Below, in pieces: positions 39,486 through 50,280 of a stretch of 64,000 bases of DNA. This stretch comes from Nitrospirota bacterium (lineage in GTDB: Bacteria; Nitrospirota; UBA9217). Location: the NCBI GenBank assembly GCA_043731355.1, contig JAYTJE010000028.1, positions 13,261 to 77,260 of the forward strand, read 5' to 3'. Numbering within the stretch: position 1 is the stretch's first letter; the number at the start of each line of letters is the position of its first letter. The position numbers were made by a program, and so were the translations under genes. The notes under the pieces were generated by a model, which was given only the letters and a program-made list of their open reading frames with translations, was not told where the DNA came from and ran no database searches.

Positions 39486-39606
39486 AACAATAAAGAAAAA
39501 AATAGTATGAGAAGCTGTCTAAGTGCTTGAATTTTTATCATACGGCACCGCCAAAGTCAAATGGTTTCTTGGAAACTACCGGATCTGATTCATGATGCGA
39601 ACGGGG

Positions 39607-39635
39607 TTGACTAATACCTCGCACTTCAGTACTAT
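39607..39635 (+). promoter_or_regulatory. Sigma-70 promoter TTGACT-N17-TACTAT
   Basis: Good hexamers ~35 nt upstream of the 39671 start. Confidence 0.4.
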
Positions 39636-39670
39636 GTGGCCTCATCATACCAAATTAAAGGAGAGTTTTT

Positions 39671-40210
39671 ATGGCAGAAGAAAAGAAAGAAGCTTGGCTT
39701 AGTTATCTTGCGCTCACGACAGTGATCTTTGCCGTCTGCGCCACGCTCTCGACGCTCAAGGGGGGCGGTTTTTCCACCCGGTCGGTCATATCCCAGTCGC
39801 AGGCATCGGACCAGTGGGCTTATTTTCAGTCGAAGAGCATCAAGGGATACCTCTATGATCTGCAGCGCGAGAAGCTGGAGCTGGAATTGAAAACCTTAAA
39901 AGGCGGCGCGTCCCGCCCGGTCGTTGCCGAGTATCAGGCGAAGATCGACGCGTACAAGGAAAAGACAAAAAAGTATGACGAGGAAAAGGAAGAGGTAAAG
40001 AAAAAAGCGGAGGAGCTTGAAAAACAGCGCGATGATGCAAAGGGCCATGCCGGAGCGTTCGGCCTGGCGGCCATGTTCCTGCAGATCGCGATCCTGCTCT
40101 CATCCATCGCTGCGTTGATGAAAAAGAAGCTCTTCTGGGTCCTTGGTGTGGCAGGAGGGAGTCTTGGAATGGTGTATTTTTTTAACGGGTTTTTTCTCTT
40201 TATGAAGTAG
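39671..40210 (+). CDS. DUF4337-like membrane protein with central coiled coil
   Basis: N- and C-terminal TM helices flanking a K/E-rich coiled coil. Confidence 0.45.
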   Translation: MAEEKKEAWLSYLALTTVIFAVCATLSTLKGGGFSTRSVISQSQASDQWAYFQSKSIKGYLYDLQREKLELELKTLKGGASRPVVAEYQAKIDAYKEKTKKYDEEKEEVKKKAEELEKQRDDAKGHAGAFGLAAMFLQIAILLSSIAALMKKKLFWVLGVAGGSLGMVYFFNGFFLFMK

Positions 40211-40297
40211 GGTTCTCTCGATACGTGTCTTTTTCCTGAACAAGCCGGGGCAGAAAATGCGCGGCCTTTTCCTTGGTCGCGCTCTGCCGGGCGCACC

Positions 40298-40337
40298 AAA
40301 AAAAATCCCCGCTCTGTCCGGAGACGAAGCGGGGATT
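40298..40337 (-). terminator. Rho-independent terminator for the LysM gene (minus strand)
   Basis: AATCCCCGC ... GCGGGGATT stem followed on the minus strand by T8. Confidence 0.5.
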
Positions 40338-40364
40338 GACCTGCGGATATGGGAAGCCGATACG

Positions 40365-41534
40365 TTATTTGATGAGCTCGACCCGGTCGCCTTTGACGAT
40401 GGCTTCAGTGCTGTTCTTCACCAGGGCGGTAGCCGTGGTGTCCTTGACCAGGACCACCAGGGCATCACCAACGATCTTTCTCGGGTAGCCTTTTTTGAGC
40501 GCGTCAAGGAAGACGATGAACCGGTCGCCCGGCTTTACTCCGTCATTGCCGCCTTTGTCTATGTAGAGTATGTCGAAACTTCCATTGAGCGAGCGGCTGT
40601 CCACGACATCAATGATGAGCCCATCGATCGCCCGGCCGTCGTTTTTGGGGACGGAGTAGATGAGCGTCGGTTCCTGATAGGGCGCTAACAGGCTGCCTTT
40701 GGCGATGCTGTCAAAGGAAAGGGATATCCGTGCGGTGAGGTAGGCGGCGCCAGGAATTTTTTCGCCCACCTGGAGGATGCCGAGGACCTTGATAAGGCTG
40801 CCCAGTTTTTTGCCGGTTTGGGGGTGCTTCACTTTTTTTACCGGAGCAAAGACAAGGTATTTGTCCCCGGGCTTCACGGTCTCCGGGTTGGCGACCTTAA
40901 TAAAGACGATATCGTCAAAACCGAACATGGCTTTCGGTTCCAAGGCCCCCGTAATTGATTCCGCCGAGGTGTCCGTGCCCACATAGCCCGCGCTCACCAT
41001 GGTGTACTTGTCAATGAGCGGACGCGCGAGCTGCTGGTCCTGGATGATTTCATGTTTTACCGGCGCCTCTTCCTGAACGGGCGCCGCGGTCGTTTGAGGT
41101 TTCTGAACGGTTTCTGCCGGTTCGGCAATTGTTTCATCCGTCGGCGCCGCCTGGGCCGGCACGGTCGGCGTAACCGCTGTATCAACTTTTTCTACCCGTT
41201 CCTCAGCGGCCGGCGCGGTCACCGCAGGCGCTTGCATGGCGCGCTCGATCGGGGCAAGACTCGGGATGATAAGTTTGTTCCCGGGATAGATCAAGTCGGG
41301 GTTCGTGATGGAGGGATTTTCCTTCCAGATGAGCGGCCACAGGAACGGGTCCTTGAGCGCGCTGTTCGCGATGTCCCAGAGCGTATCGCCCTGAGTTACG
41401 GTATAGGCGCTGTTTTCCGGCGCCACTGATGCGGCCGGTGCTGTTTGTTCCTGGGGCCGGGCGGTGGAAGGGAAAAGTATGAGCGTGGTTGCTAGCGCCA
41501 GACTGAAAACGAGGGTATGCGACCTTTTGGTCAT
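40365..41534 (-). CDS. LysM domain-containing secreted protein
   Basis: Signal peptide, LysM motif (YTVTQGDTLWDIA...YPGNKLIIP), Pro/Ala/Thr-rich linker, C-terminal beta domain. Confidence 0.7.
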   Translation of the reverse strand: MTKRSHTLVFSLALATTLILFPSTARPQEQTAPAASVAPENSAYTVTQGDTLWDIANSALKDPFLWPLIWKENPSITNPDLIYPGNKLIIPSLAPIERAMQAPAVTAPAAEERVEKVDTAVTPTVPAQAAPTDETIAEPAETVQKPQTTAAPVQEEAPVKHEIIQDQQLARPLIDKYTMVSAGYVGTDTSAESITGALEPKAMFGFDDIVFIKVANPETVKPGDKYLVFAPVKKVKHPQTGKKLGSLIKVLGILQVGEKIPGAAYLTARISLSFDSIAKGSLLAPYQEPTLIYSVPKNDGRAIDGLIIDVVDSRSLNGSFDILYIDKGGNDGVKPGDRFIVFLDALKKGYPRKIVGDALVVLVKDTTATALVKNSTEAIVKGDRVELIK

Positions 41535-41875
41535 TCCTGCCTCCTGAGCTTCCTTGTCTTTTTGCCGGCCCGTTTTTTCACCGGTTTCTTTTTTATGGCG
41601 GGTTTGTCCTGTTCGTTGGGGGTTGCCACTCTGTTCTGCCGGTTTTCCAGTGCATTCACCGTAATCGAAAGCGTATTAATAGTTGTGGTTGCTTCGGCTA
41701 ATTTAGTTTTGGTTTCCAACTGGAGTTTCTGAAGTTCAAGGAGCTGTTTTTGCAGGATGATGACCTCGTCCTTGAGAGGATCCGGTTGCGGCAGCTGAGC
41801 TGGTGTGCATGCTGTCAGGAACAGGCTGGTAAGCAGCGCCTTAACCGGCAGGGCTGACCCTTGGTGTCCTTTCAT
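41531..41875 (-). CDS. Small lipoprotein with coiled coil and basic C-terminal tail
   Basis: Lipobox LTAC, heptad-repeat segment, K/R-rich tail. Overlaps the LysM gene start by 4 nt (operon). Confidence 0.45.
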   Translation of the reverse strand: MKGHQGSALPVKALLTSLFLTACTPAQLPQPDPLKDEVIILQKQLLELQKLQLETKTKLAEATTTINTLSITVNALENRQNRVATPNEQDKPAIKKKPVKKRAGKKTRKLRRQE

Positions 41876-42051
41876 GAACCGAGCATTCCCCCTGTCCGTG
41901 TCACCAAAGAGGCGATCAAATTCCCCTCAAGCCGTCTGCGCAAATCAAAAAACACTGGCTGTAAGATAGCCGAGAAACCTCTTGTTTGTCAAGAGAATTA
42001 ATCATAGCCGGAACTTGCTTTTGCTGCGTCTTTTTGGTATTCTGCCGTACG

Positions 42052-44238
42052 ATGAACAGCGGACAAAACCATCAGCAGACCGGGTTCAAGGGCGTGCTTT
42101 ACCTTCTGGCGTTCATGCTCCTGACCGCAGGCGCCATCGCTTTACAACTCAAATACCGTGGGTTTGAAGGCCCCCTCTCGGACAGCCTTCTCATTATCGT
42201 TCTGATCAATGCCAATTTCCTGCTCCTGGCGGCGGTCATCGTCATGATCGCCCGCAGTCTCTGGAAACTGTCCATCGAGAGGAAACAGCGGGTGTTGGGG
42301 GCGCGGTTCAGGACCAAACTGGTGACCGCTTTTGTCAGCCTGTCCTTCATTCCGCCTGTTTTGCTGTTCATCATCGGAAGCGGCATGTTTACCAGCAGCA
42401 TTGAGCGTCTTTTTAACCTCCGGGTAGAGAACTCGCTCAAAGCCTCCCGTTCCGTGGCCCAGGCATATTACGAGCTCCTCGGAAACAAGGCGCTTGTCTT
42501 CGGCAGGGAGCTCAGCAGGCAGATGACCGAGGAGCAGCTGTTGAACCGCTTTGAACAGCCGGTGCTCAAGGAGTATCTGGCCCGAAAAGCGGTCGAGTAT
42601 GACCTTGACGGCTTAGAACTTATTACCGTCCCCCGTGAACGTGCGGTTACGATCGTTACGGCGCACTTTCCGGATAAAACCTTCAGGGCTACCTCATCCG
42701 AGTTTGCTGAACGGGCAGTATCCGGCGGGGTGGTGTCCGGCATTATTGAACTGGGGAAACGGGGACAGATCGTACGCGCCGTGGTCCCGCTCCATGCTTC
42801 CGCCGCGGACCGGAAGGTGACAGCGCTGATCAGCATCAGCTACTATGTCCCCCAGAACCTGGCGTCAAAAGCGGCCGAGATCAACACCGGGTATGCGCAA
42901 TACCGGGCTTCGCAGGCAGAAAAGGAACCGATCAAGCTGGCCTACCGGCTTGGGTTTCTCGCGGTAACCCTGTCGCTGCTGCTCGCCGCCATCTGGGTGG
43001 CGCTCCGCGTGGCAGCGGGTATTACCGTGCCTATCCAGAAGCTTGCCGAAGGGACGGCTGCTGTAGCAGCCGGCAGGTTCGATTATCGCATTGACGAAGC
43101 GCCGGGTGACGAGATCGGGGTGCTGATCGCTTCTTTCAATAACATGACGAACGATCTGAAGCATTCTCGTGAGCGTCTGGAACAGGAGGTCGCTTACAAG
43201 GAAACGATCCTTTCAAACATTGATACGGGTGTTGTTTCCCTGGACCGTGCCGGCAGGATCACCACCATCAATCGGGCGGCCACGGACATTCTGAGCGTTC
43301 GAGCCCAGGACGTGCTTTTCAAACGCTACGATGAGGCGTTCGTCTTTATTGAACTCGGCCCGGTACGCACGTTGTTCCGCAAACTTGAGGAAGGGACGGG
43401 CCAGGCGGAGGAAGAACTGTCGCTGACCGTGCGCGGCAGGGTCCTGACGCTCCGGATGCGGGTCACGACGCTGCGGGACAGCGGAGGGGCGCTGTCCGGA
43501 TCGGTCATCACGTTTGACGATCTGACGGAGCTGCTCAAGGCGAAAAAAGCGGAGACCTGGCAGGATGTGGCGCGCAGGATCGCCCACGAATTCAAGAATC
43601 CGCTTACTCCCATCAAACTCTCGGCCGAACGTCTGAGAAAAAAACACGCTGAGGGCGCCGCGGATTTTGATGCGGTCTTCGATGAATGCAGCCGCACCAT
43701 CGTGCAGGAAGCGGACGGCCTGCGAAAGCTGGTCGATGAGTTCGCGAACTTTGCCCGGATGCCGAGTTCAAATCCCGTACCGCAGCCGCTCCACCTGGTC
43801 CTGGAGAGCGTCATACCTCTTTATGCGGGAGCGCATAAGGACATTTTGTTCGTGCGTCAGTATCAGGCCGGCCTGCCCGAGGTGCTGCTGGACCGGGAGC
43901 AGGTGAAGCGGGTGTTCATCAACCTGTTCGAGAATGCTGTTGAGGCCATGGGCGGCAAGGGCACGATCTGGGTCACCACGGCCATGAACGCAGCCGGCAG
44001 GGTGCGCGTGGAGGTGGCGGACAGCGGGCCCGGCATAGCGCCCGGCGATGTCCCGCGTGTGTTCGAACCGGATTTCTCCCGCAAGAAAAAAAACGGGGGC
44101 CTGGGGCTGGCCATCGTGCACAAGATCATCGCCGACCACGGCGGCTCGATCCGCTTTGAGAAAAACGCGCCAACGGGTGCGCGCTTTATTATAGAGTTCG
44201 CGGCGGTGGCCGGGAACACGGAAGTTCAGAGTTCATAG
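42052..44238 (+). CDS. NtrY-like sensor histidine kinase (TM-HAMP-PAS-HisKA-HATPase)
   Basis: NtrY-type N-terminal 4-TM region, HAMP, PAS, H-box HEFKNPLTPI, and N/G1/G2 boxes. No cognate response regulator adjacent. Confidence 0.8.
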   Translation: MNSGQNHQQTGFKGVLYLLAFMLLTAGAIALQLKYRGFEGPLSDSLLIIVLINANFLLLAAVIVMIARSLWKLSIERKQRVLGARFRTKLVTAFVSLSFIPPVLLFIIGSGMFTSSIERLFNLRVENSLKASRSVAQAYYELLGNKALVFGRELSRQMTEEQLLNRFEQPVLKEYLARKAVEYDLDGLELITVPRERAVTIVTAHFPDKTFRATSSEFAERAVSGGVVSGIIELGKRGQIVRAVVPLHASAADRKVTALISISYYVPQNLASKAAEINTGYAQYRASQAEKEPIKLAYRLGFLAVTLSLLLAAIWVALRVAAGITVPIQKLAEGTAAVAAGRFDYRIDEAPGDEIGVLIASFNNMTNDLKHSRERLEQEVAYKETILSNIDTGVVSLDRAGRITTINRAATDILSVRAQDVLFKRYDEAFVFIELGPVRTLFRKLEEGTGQAEEELSLTVRGRVLTLRMRVTTLRDSGGALSGSVITFDDLTELLKAKKAETWQDVARRIAHEFKNPLTPIKLSAERLRKKHAEGAADFDAVFDECSRTIVQEADGLRKLVDEFANFARMPSSNPVPQPLHLVLESVIPLYAGAHKDILFVRQYQAGLPEVLLDREQVKRVFINLFENAVEAMGGKGTIWVTTAMNAAGRVRVEVADSGPGIAPGDVPRVFEPDFSRKKKNGGLGLAIVHKIIADHGGSIRFEKNAPTGARFIIEFAAVAGNTEVQSS

Positions 44239-44323
44239 TTTGGTGTTCGGAGCAAACCCAGAGCGCCGATTGCGCATTTCAACTCCGAACCCCGAACGCC
44301 GAACATATTTAAAGGGGGGTCAC

Positions 44324-44692
44324 TTGGATACAGCATCAACAATATTAGTAAGCATCATCGTCCTCTATGCGCTCGTGAAACTGATCGGGCGCCTCAGCCG
44401 TCTCGGCATCAGGCAGATAAGCCCCCGGGAGCTTGATCAGAAAAAAGGCATCATGCTCATCGATGTCCGCACGGACAGAGAGTTCAGCCAGGGGCACATC
44501 CCCGGCGCGGCCCATGTGCCTCTCTCCGACGTCGGGACCCGGGTCAAAAAAGTGAAAAAGGACAAGGAAATCGTGGTGTACTGCCGGAGCGGCAACCAGA
44601 GCATCTGGGCGATCAAGCGCTTGATGGGAATGGGCTACACGCATCTCTCCAACCTGAAGGGCGGCTATAGTGCCTGGAAGCGAATTCATTGA
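44324..44692 (+). CDS. Membrane-anchored rhodanese-domain protein
   Basis: TM helix then rhodanese fold with active-site CRSGNQS; probable TTG start after a GGGGGG RBS (the ORF track starts at 44240). Confidence 0.6.
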   Translation: MDTASTILVSIIVLYALVKLIGRLSRLGIRQISPRELDQKKGIMLIDVRTDREFSQGHIPGAAHVPLSDVGTRVKKVKKDKEIVVYCRSGNQSIWAIKRLMGMGYTHLSNLKGGYSAWKRIH

Positions 44693-45326
44693 AGAGCTGA
44701 AGCGCGACTATCGTGCCAGGCGGCCGCGGATCGTTAAAAGGCTTGCGGAGTTCAAGCAGGTGTACCGCAAGGGCGATGCCGTAATCTTCGAGGAGCTCTG
44801 CTACTGTATTCTGACCGCGGGCAGCAGCGCCAGGATGGGGATGCGCACGGTCGATGCTCTTCGTGACCTTCTGCCGCGAGGGACCTTGCAGGAGCTGCAA
44901 CAGCGCGCCCGGACAAGCCACGCCCGGTTCTGGCGGGTACGGCCGTCCTACATCGTGCATACGCGGGAACGTCTCAGGGAGCGTTGCGGTCTCAGGATGC
45001 GGTCCTTTATCGGTTCTTTTGAAAGCCCCGAAGCCCGGCGGGATTTTTTTGCATCGGACAAGGGGATCAAGGGGCTGGGATATAAGGAAGCGAGCCACTT
45101 TCTCAGGAACATCGGATTCGGCGGCTACGCGATCATAGACAAGCATATCCTGAACAGCCTGCGCGAGCTGGGGGTCATTGGAAAGCGCACACGGTCGCCA
45201 ACGACGCGCGCACAATATCTTGCAATAGAAAAAAAACTGGCCCATTTCTCCCGCGAGCTCGGAATCGATATGGACCATTTGGACCTGCTGCTGTGGTCGC
45301 GGAAGACCGGGGAGATTTTGAAATGA
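44670..45326 (+). CDS. ogg: N-glycosylase/DNA lyase, archaeal-type 8-oxoguanine DNA glycosylase (Ogg2 family)
   Basis: HhH-GPD: GIKGLGYKEASHFLRNIGF...AIIDKHI; 218 aa; overlaps the rhodanese gene 3' end by 23 nt. Confidence 0.7.
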   Translation: MPGSEFIEELKRDYRARRPRIVKRLAEFKQVYRKGDAVIFEELCYCILTAGSSARMGMRTVDALRDLLPRGTLQELQQRARTSHARFWRVRPSYIVHTRERLRERCGLRMRSFIGSFESPEARRDFFASDKGIKGLGYKEASHFLRNIGFGGYAIIDKHILNSLRELGVIGKRTRSPTTRAQYLAIEKKLAHFSRELGIDMDHLDLLLWSRKTGEILK

Positions 45327-46130
<804 letters not shown>

Positions 46131-46133
46131 CAC

Positions 46134-46430
46134 ATGCCGGATAGCGGTCTTAAAAAAGCGGTCATCATCGGAGCGGTGCTTGGCGCTGCGGCGACCTTGG
46201 GGGCCGCATTCGCCATGGATTATGTCCTGTCGGACTCGCTCCAGGGGACCTGGCGGGACGCCGCGGCCAAGGACGTGACCAAAATCTTCGGGACCTCCTG
46301 CGGGCAAAACTATTGGGCTGTTTCGCTGGCGCTGGTGTTCGTCATGTCGTTCCTGGCCGCTTTCGGCGCGGTGCTGGGTGTTGTGGCCGGGGTGATCATG
46401 AACCGATTCTTTAAATTAGTGCTCAAGTAA
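46134..46430 (+). CDS. Small two-TM membrane protein
   Basis: 98 aa; two hydrophobic helices; no family assignment. Confidence 0.4.
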   Translation: MPDSGLKKAVIIGAVLGAAATLGAAFAMDYVLSDSLQGTWRDAAAKDVTKIFGTSCGQNYWAVSLALVFVMSFLAAFGAVLGVVAGVIMNRFFKLVLK

Positions 46431-46599
46431 GGCGCTTAACCTGAATATTTGGTTATTTATTAAAATAAATGCTCAATAGACAGAAAACCAACAGCGTTTT
46501 GAGCATAATCACTCATAAAATCAGGCGTTATCAGGTGTTTATATGTTGTATTTGTCGGCAACTTAAATAACTTATTGATATAAAAGGCTAATGAATTCA

Positions 46600-46615
46600 T
46601 GGTATGCGTATTGCA
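46600..46615 (+). promoter_or_regulatory. Sigma-54-like promoter TGGTATgcgtaTTGCA upstream of the second tetrahaem cytochrome operon
   Basis: GG-N10-GC spacing and the TTGCA -12 element, in a 270-nt AT-rich leader; paralogous position to the 29530 promoter. Coordinates approximate. Confidence 0.45.
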
Positions 46616-46702
46616 TTATACGCTGCGATAGATATGCTATAAGAAATAGTTGTTAGTTGGGTAATGCTGATTAACTAATTGAATTCATTGAGGATATGCT
46701 AA

Positions 46703-47470
46703 ATGCTAAAGAAGCGAGCGTGGATAGTTCTGATGACGGCCTGCATGATCCTGGGCGTTTATGGAATGGCTGTCGGCCTTCCTATTATGGGCAGCAAGCA
46801 TGACTTTTCGATTTCCGGTGGGGGTAATTTTGGCGGGGCCAATTTTCAGCTGGCGAATGGTGCTCCCGTTGAGGAAATATGTGTGTTCTGCCACACTCCG
46901 CATAATGCCGCTGCGCCGGGGGCGTTTCTCTGGAACCGGACCGGCACAGTCGCGACCGGTTACACCATGTATTCAAGCTCCACACTCACCTCGGCGATAA
47001 ATATGGGCACGGCTCCTACCGGCTTGACGCTCCTGTGTATGAGCTGTCACGACGGTATAACCTCCATAGCGGTTGGAACGCTTATCAATGCTCCCTATTA
47101 TGTAAATGGCCGCCAGCAGGTTGTGCTTTCCGACCCAGTCAACGGATACAGTAAAATAGGCGATCTTTATAATGGTACCATTATAGGCTGGGGCGCAAAT
47201 ATCGGCAACAAAGTTCCAGGTGTGGGCGACACCATAGCAGATCTTTCAAATGACCACCCGGTATCCTTTACGTGGGTTTCCGGCATCACCGGCATTAAAG
47301 AGCCAACCAGCACTTCGACAGGAGCCTGGGCAACAGGGCCGGAGCTTAAGCTCTTCGGCGGCAGGATGGAATGCTCTACCTGCCACAACGTGCATGATTC
47401 AGCGACCCAGCCTTTTTTAAGGATGTCTAATGTCAGCAGTAATATGTGCTTGGCATGTCACAATAAGTAA
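46703..47470 (+). CDS. Tetrahaem c-type cytochrome (paralog of 29764)
   Basis: Signal peptide; SKHD...CVFCHTPH...LWN N-terminal motif shared with 29764; four CXXCH. Confidence 0.8.
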   Translation: MLKKRAWIVLMTACMILGVYGMAVGLPIMGSKHDFSISGGGNFGGANFQLANGAPVEEICVFCHTPHNAAAPGAFLWNRTGTVATGYTMYSSSTLTSAINMGTAPTGLTLLCMSCHDGITSIAVGTLINAPYYVNGRQQVVLSDPVNGYSKIGDLYNGTIIGWGANIGNKVPGVGDTIADLSNDHPVSFTWVSGITGIKEPTSTSTGAWATGPELKLFGGRMECSTCHNVHDSATQPFLRMSNVSSNMCLACHNK

Positions 47471-47512
47471 TTAATGATATAATTGATTTTTATGGCTATC
47501 TCGGAGGTGAGT

Positions 47513-50251
47513 ATGAATAGGAAATTATACCTGATGGGCGCGGTTATTCTGGCAACACTGCTGCTTCTGTTGCCTGGCGCCGGCTATGCGGCCCCTTCGC
47601 TGATCGGCGCTGTTACGGATGCCGTGGATAGACCTGCCTCTGTTGCTCTGGACTCGCAAGGAAATATCTATGTCTCCGAGACGGCAAACGACCTGCTGAA
47701 GGTATACAGCCGAAAAGGCAAGCTGCTGAAACAGCTAAGTATTCAACGCCCGCTTGGTGTGGCGGTTGATGCCTCGGGTTCTCTCTATGTAGGTTCCGGA
47801 GGGAGGCGCGCTGTAGATGTGTACGCTCCCGATTATACCTATGTCCGCAGTCTTGGCGCAGGGAAGGGTGAAGTCTCCCGGCCGGGATCAATAGCAGTGG
47901 ATGGGGCTGGAAGGGTGTATGTGCTTGACGCTGCGACGAGTATGGTCCGCGTGTATGATGCTTCAACCGCGCTGATGCTCTTCGCGTTCGGCGGCAGCGG
48001 CGCCACAGACGGTCTTTTCAACAGACCGATGGCGCTCGCCGTAAGCGACACTCTTGGCGAGATATATGTTGCCGAGCTCCGGAAGACGGTAATCTCCAGC
48101 GGCGCTACCATAGATGGGGCAAAAATTCAGGTGTTCGACAAAGCGGGCGCCTTTAAGAGGTCGTTCGGTGACTATGGCCTCGAAGCGGGGAAAATCGGCA
48201 AACCGGTCGGTATGGCTTTAGACGGCTCCGGTAATATTTTTATCCTTGATCTCATTCAGGGCGCTGCGCTTTCTTTTGATGCAACGGCGGGGACCTTCAA
48301 CAATACCGCGCTGTATAAGACGGTAAGCTCGATGCCTCTCGGAATCGCGATTGGTAAAAACAAGATCGCTTATGTATCGCAGGCAAACGCCCGGATCATA
48401 GATATCTATGGACTTGACGGCTACACGACCATGGATGAGACGCCAACTGCCCTGACCTTCGAAAGTAAACAGCTGAGCGCAAACGCTCAGGCGCAAACTG
48501 TTACGATCACTAACGCTGGAAATGGTTCTTTAGGATGGACAGCAGCGGCTGATAGTGACTGGATAACCCTGGGTGCAATGAGCGGGATCGCGGGTCCGAG
48601 CAGTTCAAGCAGCCTTGTTGTTGGTACGAACAATGCGAACCTGAAAGCGGGCACGTATCAGGGTGTGGTAACGGTAACTGCTGATTTCGGCCAAATAGAT
48701 AAGATTCCCGTAACCCTTACGGTGACTCCCGCGGCGACGATTGGCTTCAGCAATGGATCGATTGCTGTTGTAGCCAAAACTGGCAAAACGCCGGCTGCGC
48801 AGCCGATAACGATCAATGTGCAGAATGCCGCCTCGCTTCCCTGGACGGCTTCTTCTGATGCTTCCTGGCTTGGCCTTTCCACGGCCAGCGGCACCGCGAC
48901 CACGGTATCGGCCCTCTTTATTAATATGACGAATATCGCGCCCGGAACGTATACCGGGCATATCACGCTTTCTGCGCCGGGCGCAATCGGAAACGGGGGC
49001 AAGCTGACCGTCAGTCTCACGGTGACGCAGGGTACCAGGATCAGCGTGACCTCGAATATCCCGGATGCCCGGTTTACGGTTGCTGGTGCTACCACCTCCT
49101 ATACGGGTTCCGGCACGACATGGAGCGTCGAGGGGGCCCCTCTGGGTGATTACACCATTACCTTTGATGCGGTAAACGGATATCGCAGACCTCTTTCTCA
49201 GACGATAAGCCTGAACGATGCGGAGGTTACCGCCACGGGAAACTATCGTTCTTTGGCTGATATCGCTGACCGCACGAATATCATTGCAGGCAGGGAAGAT
49301 CATGAGAATAACAGCTCGAAAATAAAAATTTACAAGAACGACGGGACCCCGGTTGCCGCTCAGGTGTCTTTTGGCGCGGATGGCAAATCCGGCGCGCTCG
49401 CGGCGTCGGCGGATGTTGATGGAGACGGCACGGCGGAGCTTATCGTGGTAAGCCGCGTTGGCGCGAACAAACCCTCCGTTGTGCGGGTGCTTAAATCCGA
49501 TGGGACCATGCTGGCTGAGTTTGCGCCCTATGCGATGCCCGGCGGTATTAACGTGGCAGCGGGCGATCTGAACGGCGATGGCAGAGCGGAGCTTGTGGTC
49601 GCCCCCGCGGGGAACGAGAGAAGCGCCCCGGTCAAAGTATATGCCTACCAGGCGGATGCAAAAGCACTGGTGGCGACAGGAATTGAACTTACCACGTTTG
49701 GATACGATCAGGCCGTTGTAGTCGCTGTTGCGGATACGACGGGCAATGCGGCGCCGAAGCTTATTGCCGCGTCGCAGCAGGTTATGAGCGTCTGGACGAT
49801 TGATTCAACAAAGGGCGCGGGAAACTGGACAGCCTCGCTGCTGAACGACTTCAAGTTCATTGCCAGGGGAGAGGCTTCACTCTCGGCCGGAGATGTTGAC
49901 GGCGACGGCACGGATGAAATCATTGTCGGTGAAGGCCCGGGCGTCGTCAAAGCCTCCTCGTATAATTCCGCATCAAGAGTTATGCTATTTAAAACCGACG
50001 GTACTTCGGTCGGTGGGTTTGCCCCCTTCGCAAACTTTCCTTACGGCGTGAGCGTGGCGGCGGCCGATCTGACCGGCGACGGCATTGCTGAAGTGGTTGT
50101 CGGGTCCGGCGAGGCTCAACGCTCGTCAAAAAACAATAAAACGTCAAAAGTCAGCATCTTTAACGCGGCGGGAAAACTGTTGAAAACCATAACGCCCTAC
50201 GCAAATTCGCACAGCGGTGTTAATGTCACGGTTGGAGAGATGGGATTATGA
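47513..50251 (+). CDS. Large secreted NHL-repeat / beta-propeller protein with C-terminal FG-GAP-like repeats
   Basis: Signal peptide; N-terminal NHL units (YVSE/YVGS/YVLD/YVAE); central Ig-like segment; C-terminal repeated D.DGDG..E..V motifs (VDGDGTAELIVV, LNGDGRAELVVA, VDGDGTDEIIVG, LTGDGIAEVVVG). GGAGGTG RBS. Confidence 0.75.
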   Translation: MNRKLYLMGAVILATLLLLLPGAGYAAPSLIGAVTDAVDRPASVALDSQGNIYVSETANDLLKVYSRKGKLLKQLSIQRPLGVAVDASGSLYVGSGGRRAVDVYAPDYTYVRSLGAGKGEVSRPGSIAVDGAGRVYVLDAATSMVRVYDASTALMLFAFGGSGATDGLFNRPMALAVSDTLGEIYVAELRKTVISSGATIDGAKIQVFDKAGAFKRSFGDYGLEAGKIGKPVGMALDGSGNIFILDLIQGAALSFDATAGTFNNTALYKTVSSMPLGIAIGKNKIAYVSQANARIIDIYGLDGYTTMDETPTALTFESKQLSANAQAQTVTITNAGNGSLGWTAAADSDWITLGAMSGIAGPSSSSSLVVGTNNANLKAGTYQGVVTVTADFGQIDKIPVTLTVTPAATIGFSNGSIAVVAKTGKTPAAQPITINVQNAASLPWTASSDASWLGLSTASGTATTVSALFINMTNIAPGTYTGHITLSAPGAIGNGGKLTVSLTVTQGTRISVTSNIPDARFTVAGATTSYTGSGTTWSVEGAPLGDYTITFDAVNGYRRPLSQTISLNDAEVTATGNYRSLADIADRTNIIAGREDHENNSSKIKIYKNDGTPVAAQVSFGADGKSGALAASADVDGDGTAELIVVSRVGANKPSVVRVLKSDGTMLAEFAPYAMPGGINVAAGDLNGDGRAELVVAPAGNERSAPVKVYAYQADAKALVATGIELTTFGYDQAVVVAVADTTGNAAPKLIAASQQVMSVWTIDSTKGAGNWTASLLNDFKFIARGEASLSAGDVDGDGTDEIIVGEGPGVVKASSYNSASRVMLFKTDGTSVGGFAPFANFPYGVSVAAADLTGDGIAEVVVGSGEAQRSSKNNKTSKVSIFNAAGKLLKTITPYANSHSGVNVTVGEMGL

Positions 50252-50280
50252 TGCGCATAATGCACGAAGGAGCGGCGACT

